Positions 25,526 to 36,443 of a DNA stretch of 64,000 nucleotides are shown in pieces (the first letter of the stretch is position 1; each line of letters begins with the position of its first letter). The stretch comes from Adineta vaga (taxonomy: Eukaryota; Animalia; Rotifera), in contig CP075497.1 in the NCBI GenBank assembly GCA_021613535.1, forward strand, positions 5,518,001 to 5,582,000, read 5' to 3'. The notes under the pieces are model-generated. The model did no database searches. It was not told the origin of the DNA and saw nothing but the letters and a program-made list of their open reading frames with translations. The position numbers were made by a program, and so were the translations under genes.

Positions 25526-27930
25526 ATGATGAACGAACCGACAAGTATAAATTCTCCGAATTCAGTGTATGTTATTACATTGATTGCTTTTGCTACTTGC
25601 TGTTTGAAAACGATTCCATTGAATTTGAATTTATTTTTCCAAATTTTAGATCTGATACATTGAATCAAGTAAATGGACAATTAAGAAATCTGTATAGCGC
25701 GTATGTTACTTGTTTGCTAGTTAATTGTTTTTTTTCTCTTCTTTCTTATGAGGATTTAGTCAAACATCGAATACATCCACTAATGTGTCTTTAAATGTCT
25801 TATCAAATTCCACTTCAAATATTAATAAAAAACGAATGTTTCAAGTACGTCGAACATTTTTGTTAATTGTCACATTTGATGTGATATTTATGGTACTTTT
25901 ATGGATTATCTATAATCAAGTTTGTTTAGATACTTTGTTTCTATTCATATTAATTAAGAACATCTTTAGATTAAAAACATAACTATTGACGAAGCTTTTA
26001 TCAATGATGTTATTAAATATTCAATTAAAACGTCTCTATTTGATGTTGTGGTAAATAATATACAATAATCATCTTGATATAATTGAATACAATCTTATTT
26101 TCATAGGGATTATCTGTTCTACGTTTTATTCTATTAATGATAACGTATGCAATTCTAAAATGGTCACATTGGATTTTCGTAGCTGTAAGTAAGTAAGCGT
26201 ATGACGCAAAAGCAAATGAAATGATTGACTAAGATATTCAATCGAAGAAAGAATTGTTTTGTTGATTTGATTTTTTATTTAGTTTGCAACACTTGGATCA
26301 ACTGGTTTTATTATTGCAAAAACATGCGTATTTACTGTAAGTGAATTTAAAAATAAATATATACATAGAAATCTTTCAATTTAATATAAAATAGATTTCA
26401 AAATCAGATAAAGGTTTTACTGATTATGGTATATTAATTGTATCATTCATTTTGGCATGGGTTGAAATTTGGTTTTTTGAGTAGGTTAAATTTCATGTTA
26501 ATATATTTGTTCGTTGGTTTGTTTAGTTATCGTGTCATTCCACATGAACGTCGTTTAAGACAAGCATGTAAGTTCATTACAAGATTCATTCATTTCTATC
26601 TGTTTATTATATTATTAGTAAACAATGGTGATCGACGACCATTGTTAGGTTCGAATACAAGTCGTTCAACATCTCCAATTCCGACATCTCCTAATTATCA
26701 TTCCATTGGAATTTCTAATGATCAGCAGCAATCATTCTATTCGCCTGTTCCATCTCTTGATGGTAGATTAAAAATAGATGATCACCGACAAAGAATAAGG
26801 ATAATTCTTTGTTTTCAGGTAGTGATGTAGAAGAAACAAATCATGAACCTCGAAGAACTATTCGTGCAGATTCAAGTATATCTCAGTCCATGTTAGGTAC
26901 GCCAATGTCAGCTATTGAAATTGATAATGATGATGAATATGAAAGAGAAGCAGATGAAATTATTGAAAGAGTTTGGCGGATATTTCGAGATAACGAAGGA
27001 TGGACATCAGAATCCAAAAGTAGTAATGGACTTGATATTATTGTTGCAAAAACTTATCCAAAATGGGGCAAAGTTTTTCGTTTAACTGTAAGAAAGAAGA
27101 AATGATTGGAGAACAAATGAATGATTTCTTACTCTTTTCTAGAGTATTCTGAATGCATCTCGTAGCGATCTTGTTGAAATGCTTTTTGATCGACAAGAAG
27201 ATATGTCGAAATGGAATCCAACTGTGAATGATTGTCGAGTATGTAGAGAATTAGTTTCTAAAAAGTATTTAATATAAACTTCTTTCATAGATATTAGAAG
27301 TTATCAATCATGATTTGTATATATCGTATGTAAAATTGATTTATTTTGTATGTGAGTTGAAGGAAAGTTTTTCTGTTTTTCAAGTTATCAATTAATCAAT
27401 GAACAAGCACAAGGGATTATTGCTAAACGAGATTTTGTCAATATTTCAACACGTCGATATATTGATGATATAGCTATACTAGCCGGACAAGCTTGTAATT
27501 ATCCAAAAATGCCTGCAAAAGACAAGTAAACAATTCTATTACTTCACTATTTCAGTTATTCATTGATTTATTTATTTTTTAGTTGTGTTCGGTAAGTGAT
27601 CAATGAATGATCTTTGTTTTGTTTTCGAATGGTTGTTTTTCATAAATATTAGTGGAGAAAATGGTCCAACAGCTTATATAGTTGAGAAAATTGATGAAAC
27701 AACTTGTAAATTTACATGGTTACTCAATGTAGATTTAAAAGTAAAATTATTTGATTTATTTGAATTATTGACCAATATTTTCTCTCAAGGGATGGCTTCC
27801 GCAATATCTTATTAATAGTTCGCTTGCTAGTGCTCAATTAACATTAGTTGAATCAGTTAGAAATTATCTATCAAAATCAGTTGATATTACATCCTCATGT
27901 TCTTCATCCACCGGTGATATAACAACATAA
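25526..27930 (+). CDS. STARD3: StAR-related lipid transfer protein 3 (MLN64): MENTAL + FFAT + START domains, many small exons
   Basis: VRRTFLLIVTFDVIFMVLLWII, SLFDVV, SFILAWVEIWFL, SFYSP (FFAT-like), WNPTV, IIAKRDFVN, CVRGENGPT, FTWLLNVDLKGWLP. Confidence 0.92.
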
Positions 27931-28457
27931 ACATTCTTTTGTCCAATGAATTTTTCTTTTTCTAAAAACAAAGATTTCTTTGAAATATTCTTATTTTTAT
28001 AAATTTTTTCCTTGCATGTTGTTGTTATTATTCATGTCGTTGACTGTACTATTGTTAAAATCAAACAGATTCAATCATATCTTAAAATAAAAAATCATGA
28101 AGACCATTTAATGACTAACTTTTTGGAACTTATCAATAGGAACGACTCGATATTTTTTAGTAGTTTATAATTATAAAGACGTGTTCAGCCAACTATTTAG
28201 TTATAATCAGAAGAGTAGAGTTTTACGATAAATTAGATAAAACATACCTATTTTATTGAGATAGTTACTACTTTTGATGCTATTATATAATAAAAAATTT
28301 CATGTACGTACATCTTCTATAGCTTTCAAACGTTCCTTTTCATTCAAAAGTAGAAATGAGTAGATTTTATTTCATGATATCAAAATAAAACACATCAGAA
28401 CATTCATCAAAGGATTTATCAATTCGTAGAAATCTTATTCAGTCACAATAGTAAATA

Positions 28458-29100
28458 CATAGGTCAATCAATAAGTTCTCGGAATTTCAAATATTTATTC
28501 GTAGAAAAAACATTTGCAGAATCTTTTTACAGTAAATATTTACGTTAGTCTTCACAATGTTCCAAATCTACTTCTACAAGGTAAGGTCTGTATCGTAAAT
28601 AAATAATAAGTTTGAATTTTCTTTGTAAAGATAATCAAAATCAAAAATAATATCATGGATGCACTGTTCTGCATTTTGACGATGCATATTTTATACAACG
28701 TTTTTCAAGAATGATATTTTGTATGTGTATTATTGACTAAACGTTTTGAACATTTACAGTAGTATTACATCTGAATTATTACGTCCGATCTGGTAATAGT
28801 ATAGCACTACTAATATGTAAATTATCTCTCATTAAGTCGTTAACAGGATAAATATTTTGTTGAATGATCAATTTCAAGATCATCTTTCAATGTGTCTCGT
28901 TCATTTGAAAATCGATAAATTTAATGTATTAGCGTACTATATGAAGCAACACCTTGTCCTATTTGAGGCGTGCGGAACATCGTCTTGGTAATTGAATACA
29001 TAGCATATAGCTACTAGAATAGAACAACATGCAGAATAAAACTAGTCAGAATATAGTTTCAACTGATTAATTATTACGAGAACTTATTGCTTGACCTATA
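28458..29100. mobile_element. Non-autonomous Tc1/mariner-type element (~640 bp) with ~28-bp terminal inverted repeats and TA flanks
   Basis: Left CATAGGTCAATCAATAAGTTCTCGGAAT (28458-28485); right reverse complement TATAGGTCAAGCAATAAGTTCTCGTAAT (29073-29100); TA on both sides; no transposase ORF. Confidence 0.8.
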
Positions 29101-30523
29101 TATATATATATATTAATTATATTTTGACATTTGAATGTACTCACAAACATTAATTAATAAATAGCTATCGATACATACTTTGACTTTGTTTTATTTATTC
29201 ATAATTATTGATAATAACCTTAATTAGAGAACGATCTTTTTAATAAAATGTCTTGTTTTAACTGTGAAAATGGATAGAATAGATGAATTAAAGAATAATT
29301 ATCTGTTTTTTCAAAGAACGTTACTTAACTATACATTGGTTTCTTATGTTTCTATAAGATCAAATGAAGAAATAATTAATTTATCTTCTCTTCTTTGTCA
29401 CGAGTCTGTAATAATCTACATGATAATTAAAAACTACTTTTTAGATATTTAGAATCTTAGAATAATTATGAATGTATTATTTAATTGTTGCAATCGATAG
29501 AATAGCTTAACTTCGAGTGCCCATCAAAAATGAGCGTACTCATAAAACATTCTCTTTTGTAAGAACTAGTGTAGTACAATGACCTGTCTGCATGAGAAGT
29601 GAAAACAGAGATAAACAGAACTAAAATGACGTATAAGTCGTTGAAAAAAGTTTGCTTGTTCATCATGATCAAGAAATATTTTTAGAGTGTAAATTTTTAC
29701 TAATGAAAACATCTTCTTTCTTTCATAGTATTTTCTCAGTTATTATAAATTTATACATATCTTGGGCATAGAATGATATTGTAACATGAGGATGATTTGA
29801 TCATTTATCTTAGAGTAATTCTTAAAATTGCATACTTTGGATGTTTGAGTTCAAACAAACGTATATTGAGTTAAGTTAAATTGGGTGTCATGGAGAATAA
29901 TAGATGTTTTTATAAAAATCATATCTTCAGAGGTCACTATCAAAATCTCTTGAAATTTGTTTGAATGGAAGAGACTATTTTTTTTGATGGTGAGACTTAT
30001 ATATGTACGGATTTATTTTAGTTTGTCGATCATAACAATCAGGATTGGATACGTAGAATTCAACGAAAGCTTATAGAGATTTTCATTATCTTAAACTAAA
30101 TTATACAATTGTTATGATATCACAAAGCAATTATTGTAAGACGAAATATTTTCTCTATAATTCTCTTCAATTTCGTGTAATATCATATAATTTATCAGTT
30201 TGTCTGCACAGTTTAATTCAGTATTTGTTCATTAACTATTATATTAGTTGTATAAATCTCATTGAATTTAGGAAAGTCATTTTAATCCTACGAATTTGAA
30301 GAAAAGAAAATCCTAAACGAGTATCACGAGATATCTATCGAGTATTAATAACAAATGGCATATTTCAACTTCAAATTCACTTCTCGCACATTGTGAATGA
30401 TTTCAATGAGATTTTAAATATAAAGAGATCTATGATTGATTGGCAGCTTGCCACTTTATACATATGAATTTACAACATGAAAACAAATCTTGTAATTCTC
30501 ATTTATACTCTTTTGATCATCGT

Positions 30524-31652
30524 TCATGTAACTTCTTGCATCTCTACTGATTTTGGAATAATTTGATTGTTACGATTCAGATTAGTGTTTTCCCGCCAAT
30601 GTTTCAAATAAATATTTACGAAGACATAGATCAACTGCCTCCGAAATCGTGCTGATACACAACAATAGATGTAGAATGCAACCTAAAATCATCCACAGTT
30701 TTTAACATCCATACTTTTCATTAAATCGACACTTACCATGAAATTTCCATAGAAGAAAATTCGTGTTACTGCAATTATGAATTGATTTTCTGCTATCAAC
30801 TGCATTCGTAAATGTCACACTACTCGAGTACAAATGATTATAGATACTGTATGGTAAAGTTAAAAATACATCCACTACCACTTCGACTAACACCTATCAT
30901 ACATTCAAAAGAAGAAAAGCATATGAAACATTACCATATTCAATCATCCTCAATAGTTCTACTCATACCATTTTTGTCAGTTGTTTATCTCGTTCTAATC
31001 GAACGATTGGTGTTTCTCGATTGTTGAAATGATGAACATTGATAAAAGCAAGAATACCAAAACAAACACGAATAATCAATGGTAAGAAGCCAAGTAGAAC
31101 AGGAAAGAGAAATCGAGAATAGTAGATTGAGAAGCCAGTATTAGTGAATCCACATGTTGTTTGACCGGTACTTGATGATAATTCAAGATCTTGAAATAGG
31201 AGAACTGGAATACCATGTAAGAGGCATAGAATGAAGGCAACAATGATCAATCGACTAGCTGCTTTGACTGTGCATAAATGTCGCCATCGATGTGTGAGCG
31301 AAAGATATTGATCGATAGCTGCAAAGCACATGCAAGTGAATGTGATGAGCATTGTCGTAATGAGAGTGAATTGTCGAGCTTTGCAAATAAACGATGAAGT
31401 TTTGGTTGGATCGATGTTATAACCAGTGATGAGTATGCGAGAAAGTAGGCCGACAACAAGCTGAAAGATGTTGACGATCGAAGCTGTTGTCATGTAGAAG
31501 GCAGCTGAAGTTTGTCGAAATGTTTTGAGTGAAGTGAAGATGATGATGTTGAGAATATTGCCGATAACACCAGTAATGAAGACAAAAAAGCCACCATAGA
31601 TATTACTGTTATTAGTAGCAGTTTTAAGTGCATCGATTGTAAAAGAAGACAT
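30524..31652 (-). CDS. Orphan class-A (rhodopsin-like) GPCR, copy 1; 3 exons; 2-bp deletion near 30793 disrupts exon 2 (pseudogene or consensus error)
   Basis: GVIGNILNIIIF, CFAAIDQY, RDKQLTKMV, AFYIYCCVSARFR; alignment with copy 2 shows tctgc(ac)tatc missing 2 nt. Confidence 0.85.
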
Positions 31653-32338
31653 TAAATTATGAACTTGAGAGTTGAGAATAGAATTCTCTTTTGTTTCGAT
31701 TCGAAAAAAGAATGAGATATTATCTGTATATCGTTAAAGTTTTATAATAGATAAACTTCCTTTCTGAACATCAATTCTGAGGGACTCCTATTTTCGCAAC
31801 TAACTATTTCTCCTCTAAGCAATTCTCTCTCTATATATAAAACACTCTTTTGTTACCTCCGCTTCATCCATAATTAATATAATTAATGGAAAAAAACAGG
31901 CTGAAGGAAGTATGGTTGAAAACAAGTAAAAATCGTTTTGTATTAATGGGATTAGAGATAATTATATGTATTTTGGTAATACAAAGATGAAAGATTAGAA
32001 TTTCGTCATCTTTTTTTCCATAAACTAATATCAGATTCTATACAATATTCCCTAAGAAAGTTAGCCAGCAGCGTCGATGGTAGATATTGTAAAGTTTGAA
32101 CATTTCAATTTAAATGAACTTTATATCGTGATACTTTTATTTAACGAAATATTCGATCATTCAAATTCCAGTCATAATATTTTTTTTACGACAAATATTG
32201 ACAGCTACTGCAATCAGAGTAATAAATATATATGCTTAGAGAATAGATACTACAGTTCCAAAAAAGGTTTTGGCAAGTCTTCGCAATTCATTTCTTCGGA
32301 AATCATGCAAATACAGTATAACATTTATTCTCAACGTT

Positions 32339-32341
<3 letters not shown>

Positions 32342-32372
<31 letters not shown>
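32342..32372. repeat. (TA)n microsatellite
   Basis: About 15 consecutive AT units. Confidence 0.9.
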
Positions 32373-32375
<3 letters not shown>

Positions 32376-32894
32376 AAGTTAAAAAGGACATATTTGAAAT
32401 AGAAATTCATACATAATTAAACATTCGATGCGTGGTAATTCAACTATAATTTACTTTTGTTCATTGTCATGTTTTAGAATAATCATATAGACAAGAATAA
32501 TTTATATTTTCATTAATGAATCATTCGCTTGCTTTATCATAGCTTTCATATAAAAGCTTTCAAGCCTAAATATTGATAAGAATTAACTCTTGAAGATCAC
32601 TAGGTCATTTAAGACGATATAATACCATTGGTCTTCAAAAACTCTTGAGATTTTTGCTAATACTAAACTTAATGAAATACATCATTTATGATACATCCTA
32701 AGTTCAAGAAGACATGTCTAGAATTGCACAAATTTATATTTAGTTTTGTATTCTCGATAAAAGCTATAAGCGTTTCCCAAAAGACAATATTGTTAATATT
32801 AAAAGCAAAAGAATGACGACAACACGAATACACATCAACAACTTTGATTCAAAAACTTATTTGTTTGCTTATAATATTACTTAGTAACCATACA

Positions 32895-33994
32895 TTATGG
32901 ATTTATTTGGTTAATATGGTTTTCAGGACCTTTTCTACCCCAATTGTTGAAATAAATATTTACGAGGACATAGATCAATTGCTTTCGAAATCGTGCTGAT
33001 ACACAACAATAGATGTAGAATGCAACCTAAAAGTATATATAGTTTCTGAGATGTTATACGGTGTTTCTACCAACTTACCATGAAATTTCCATTAAAAATA
33101 ATTCGTGTTAATGCAATTATGAATTGATTTTCTGCACTATCAACTGCATTCGTAAATGTCACACTACTCGAATAAAAATGATTATAGATACTGTATGGTA
33201 AAGTTAAAAATACATCCACTACCACTTCGACCAACACCTATCATACATTCGAAAGAAAAAAGACATAAAACATTACCGTATTCAATCATCCTCAATAGTT
33301 CTACTCATACCATTTTTGTCAGTTGTTTATCTCGTTCTAATCGAACGATTGGTGTTTCTCGATTGTTGAAATGATGAACATTGATAAAAGCAAGAATACC
33401 AAAACAAACACGAATAATCAATGGTAAGAAGCCAAGTAGAACAGGAAAGAGAAATCGAGAATAGTAGATTGAAAAGCCTGTATTAGTGAAACCACATGTT
33501 GTTTGACCGGTACTTGATGATAATTCAAGATCTTGAAATAGGAGAACTGGAATACCATGTAAGAGGCATAGAATGAAAGCAACAATGATCAATCGACTAG
33601 CTGCTTTGACTGTGCATAAATGTCGCCATCGATGTTTGAGTAAAAGATATTGATCAATAGCTGCAAAACACATGCACGTGAATGTAGTGAGCATTGTCGT
33701 GGTAAGAGTGAATGTTCGAGCTTTGCAAATAAACGATGAAGTTTTGGTTGGATCGATGTTATAACCAGTGATAAGTATGCGAGAAAGTAGGCCGACAACA
33801 AGTTGAAAGATATTGACGATCGAAGCAGTTGTCATGTAGAAGGCAGCTGAAGTTTGTCGAAATGTTTTGAGTGAAGTGAAGATGATGATGTTGAGAATAT
33901 TGCCGATAACACCAGTAATGAAGACAAAAAAGCCACCATAGATATTACTGTTATTAGTAGCAAGTTGAAATGAATTAATAATAGTAGCTGACAT
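32895..33994 (-). CDS. Orphan class-A GPCR, copy 2 (intact; 3 exons)
   Basis: Same 7TM motifs as copy 1; open frame through exon 2 (...SAENQFIIALTRIIFNGNFM) and exon 3 (VAFYIYCCVSARFRKQ...INP*). Confidence 0.88.
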
Positions 33995-35100
33995 TATTAT
34001 AGAAGGATGATTGCAGTAGATATGCAACTATCTTCTGTGCTTTTATAACGTTATTGTTAAATGACGTCTAGTAATTAAATATTTATTAGTCAGCTTGTTC
34101 AGGCAGCTATGGAGATTTTCTTTTCAGGTTCCGATTTTCATAACAACCAAGATTCTCGAAGATAGCTTTAGAACTTTATCTGCTCATACATTTGAGATAA
34201 TAAAATCTGAAACTTTGATTATTATACTGCCTTAGATGAAATGACTTTTATATATGGTATCATACGGATAGGATATTAAGCTTTGTTCATTGCTTTTCAT
34301 TTTATAACGTTGACACGAAACAGGGTTAGTCGTTTTAGAATTTCAAAATTTCTTCGTTAACGGATGTCATTTTCAGTTTTGTTTGCTATACAACTCAGAT
34401 CATTGTTTGAAACAAATCATTCATTGGTTTTACTGAAACATATATATGCAGAAACTTGATTGATGACATTTTTTTCGAATACGATATGTAAGCTTTTTCT
34501 TAATCTTGTCGCTTACAATTCTATTATAATATTATTTCATGGATTGAATGTCACCGACAATAAAGATTTTTTTTTTCTACTTTTCTTTTAATTCATATTT
34601 TATGAAATAGTTTCAGCGTTCTACTCAAACTCATTACACATCATTACTTTATTTCTATCTTGCATGTCATTTAACGAAGTTATACTAGAGCGCTAGTGGC
34701 GCTAAAACCAATATGATTCGTAGAAAACGTATATTTTGATGGAGGTATTGGCTCACTTCAGTCAAACAGGTAGAGCATGTTGACAATCAATATAGCTTGT
34801 TTTCTTTTCCTTTATTAACATTTATTTGTCAAAAAAATAGAATAATCTTCCAACATATATTATATTAAACTTCAAACAAACTTTTTTACCTTTTCCTACG
34901 TTTAAATTGTCAATGTTGGTATTTATCTATATTAAATGGCACAAGCGAGAATAATGTTGATGAACAACCTCATTTTAAAGGTTTTTATTTGATGATTATG
35001 TCGGTGGAATGTTTATTAGATAGTAAATTTATGAAAAAAAATAAGCAAAACTCATAGTTAGTCAATTAGATAATTGTAGATTATTTTTATTTACAAGAAA

Positions 35101-35964
35101 ATGACATCTTCAACAACTACAGGACGATCTGCTCGTAGAGGTGGTGAACGAAAATCCAAATCGGCTCGTGCTGGTAGATTACACTATAGATCATTATGAA
35201 TCACCTTTGTCTAATATTTATTTCTAGGTGTACTTTTCTCGGTTCCACGTTTTCATCGTTATATTAAAAAATCAACACCAAAAAGTCGTGTAACAATGAG
35301 TGCTGCGGTTTATACTGCTGCTGTGGTTTGTAGACTTGTTAAATTTATGACAATTCCAGTAGTTAATCGAAAATTTTTCTTGCATCACAGATCGAATATC
35401 TAACCGCTGAAGTACTTGAATTATCTGGCAATGCCGCGAAAGATCATAAAAAACAACGTATTAATGCACGACATATATTTTTGGCTGTTAGCATTGATGA
35501 AGAACTTAAAAAGGTAAAAGTACATACGTTCTTATGATTAAAATCATTCATATTTTTTTCATTGTCATTAGCTTCTTCATGGCGTAACAATTCCACAGGG
35601 TAAATAAACATTGAGAAAATTTGAAATAAAACATTTTTTTGCATATATAATTAGGTGGTGTCTTACCTCATATAAATCCATTTTTATTCAAGAATAAATC
35701 TAGTAGTGATGATGATAGTCAAAATGCTCAAAAGGTAAGAGCTATCTACTTTATTATTTCGAAATATGAAATCATTTTCTCGACGTATCTTTCTAGAAGA
35801 AACCATCTGTTTTAAAAAGTACATCAACAGTTCGTGCACCTTCGGTTCTAACTACAAAAGCTTCTTCAACAGCTGCTGGAAGTAATAAAGCAAGTTTAAC
35901 ATCATCGGCAAGTTTAAAAAAAACAGCTTCTGTAAATGGCGGAGCTGGTACAAGTTCAGCATAA
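35101..35964 (+). CDS. Intron-containing histone H2A variant, macroH2A-like histone fold with Ser/Thr/Lys/Ala-rich tail, no macro domain (~189 aa; exons 35101-35173, 35228-35325, 35391-35513, 35572-35599, 35655-35734, 35797-35964)
   Basis: Spliced translation: ...[100 protein letters not shown]...; all introns GT-AG and phase-consistent; missed by the ORF track. Confidence 0.92.
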
Positions 35965-36443
35965 AATTTCAATACAATATAGAACAAATGTTTGATCATT
36001 ACATTTGTTTTTCTTTCCCGGAAAAAAAATGTCCTACTTTATCTGTTGTTAAGTGCATGTGCTTGTTTTCTGTGATTAATTTATTCGTAGATTTTAGAAT
36101 ATATATTTTTCATACGAAAAGGAAAAACAAGTTTTTGTTTTCACATTAATTCTAAGTTCTTATTCATGAAATCTTGGTGAATTTGCTTTCCAATACTTAT
36201 ATTCTTTATTTTATGTTTAGCATTATTTTATCTTAAATAATATGTTAATGTTTGTTTCTAGTTTCATTATTTAACTTCATTGTAGTATTTTAATCTGCTG
36301 ATTTCTTTTCTTTGTTCGTATTTATGTAGAAATTAAAATAAATTACGAAAGTAAAGATTCATAGATGAATATTTGTCTATTGTTAGCTATTCAATTAGCA
36401 TAACTCCAACTTGGCGCATTTATTCTTTGTGTTTACTCCTATT

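Noticed and set aside
35965-36020. 9-bp inverted repeat (AACAAATGT/ACATTTGTT) after the histone stop as a histone stem-loop
   Set aside because: Does not match the 6-bp stem/4-nt loop consensus; the gene has introns, so it is likely polyadenylated.
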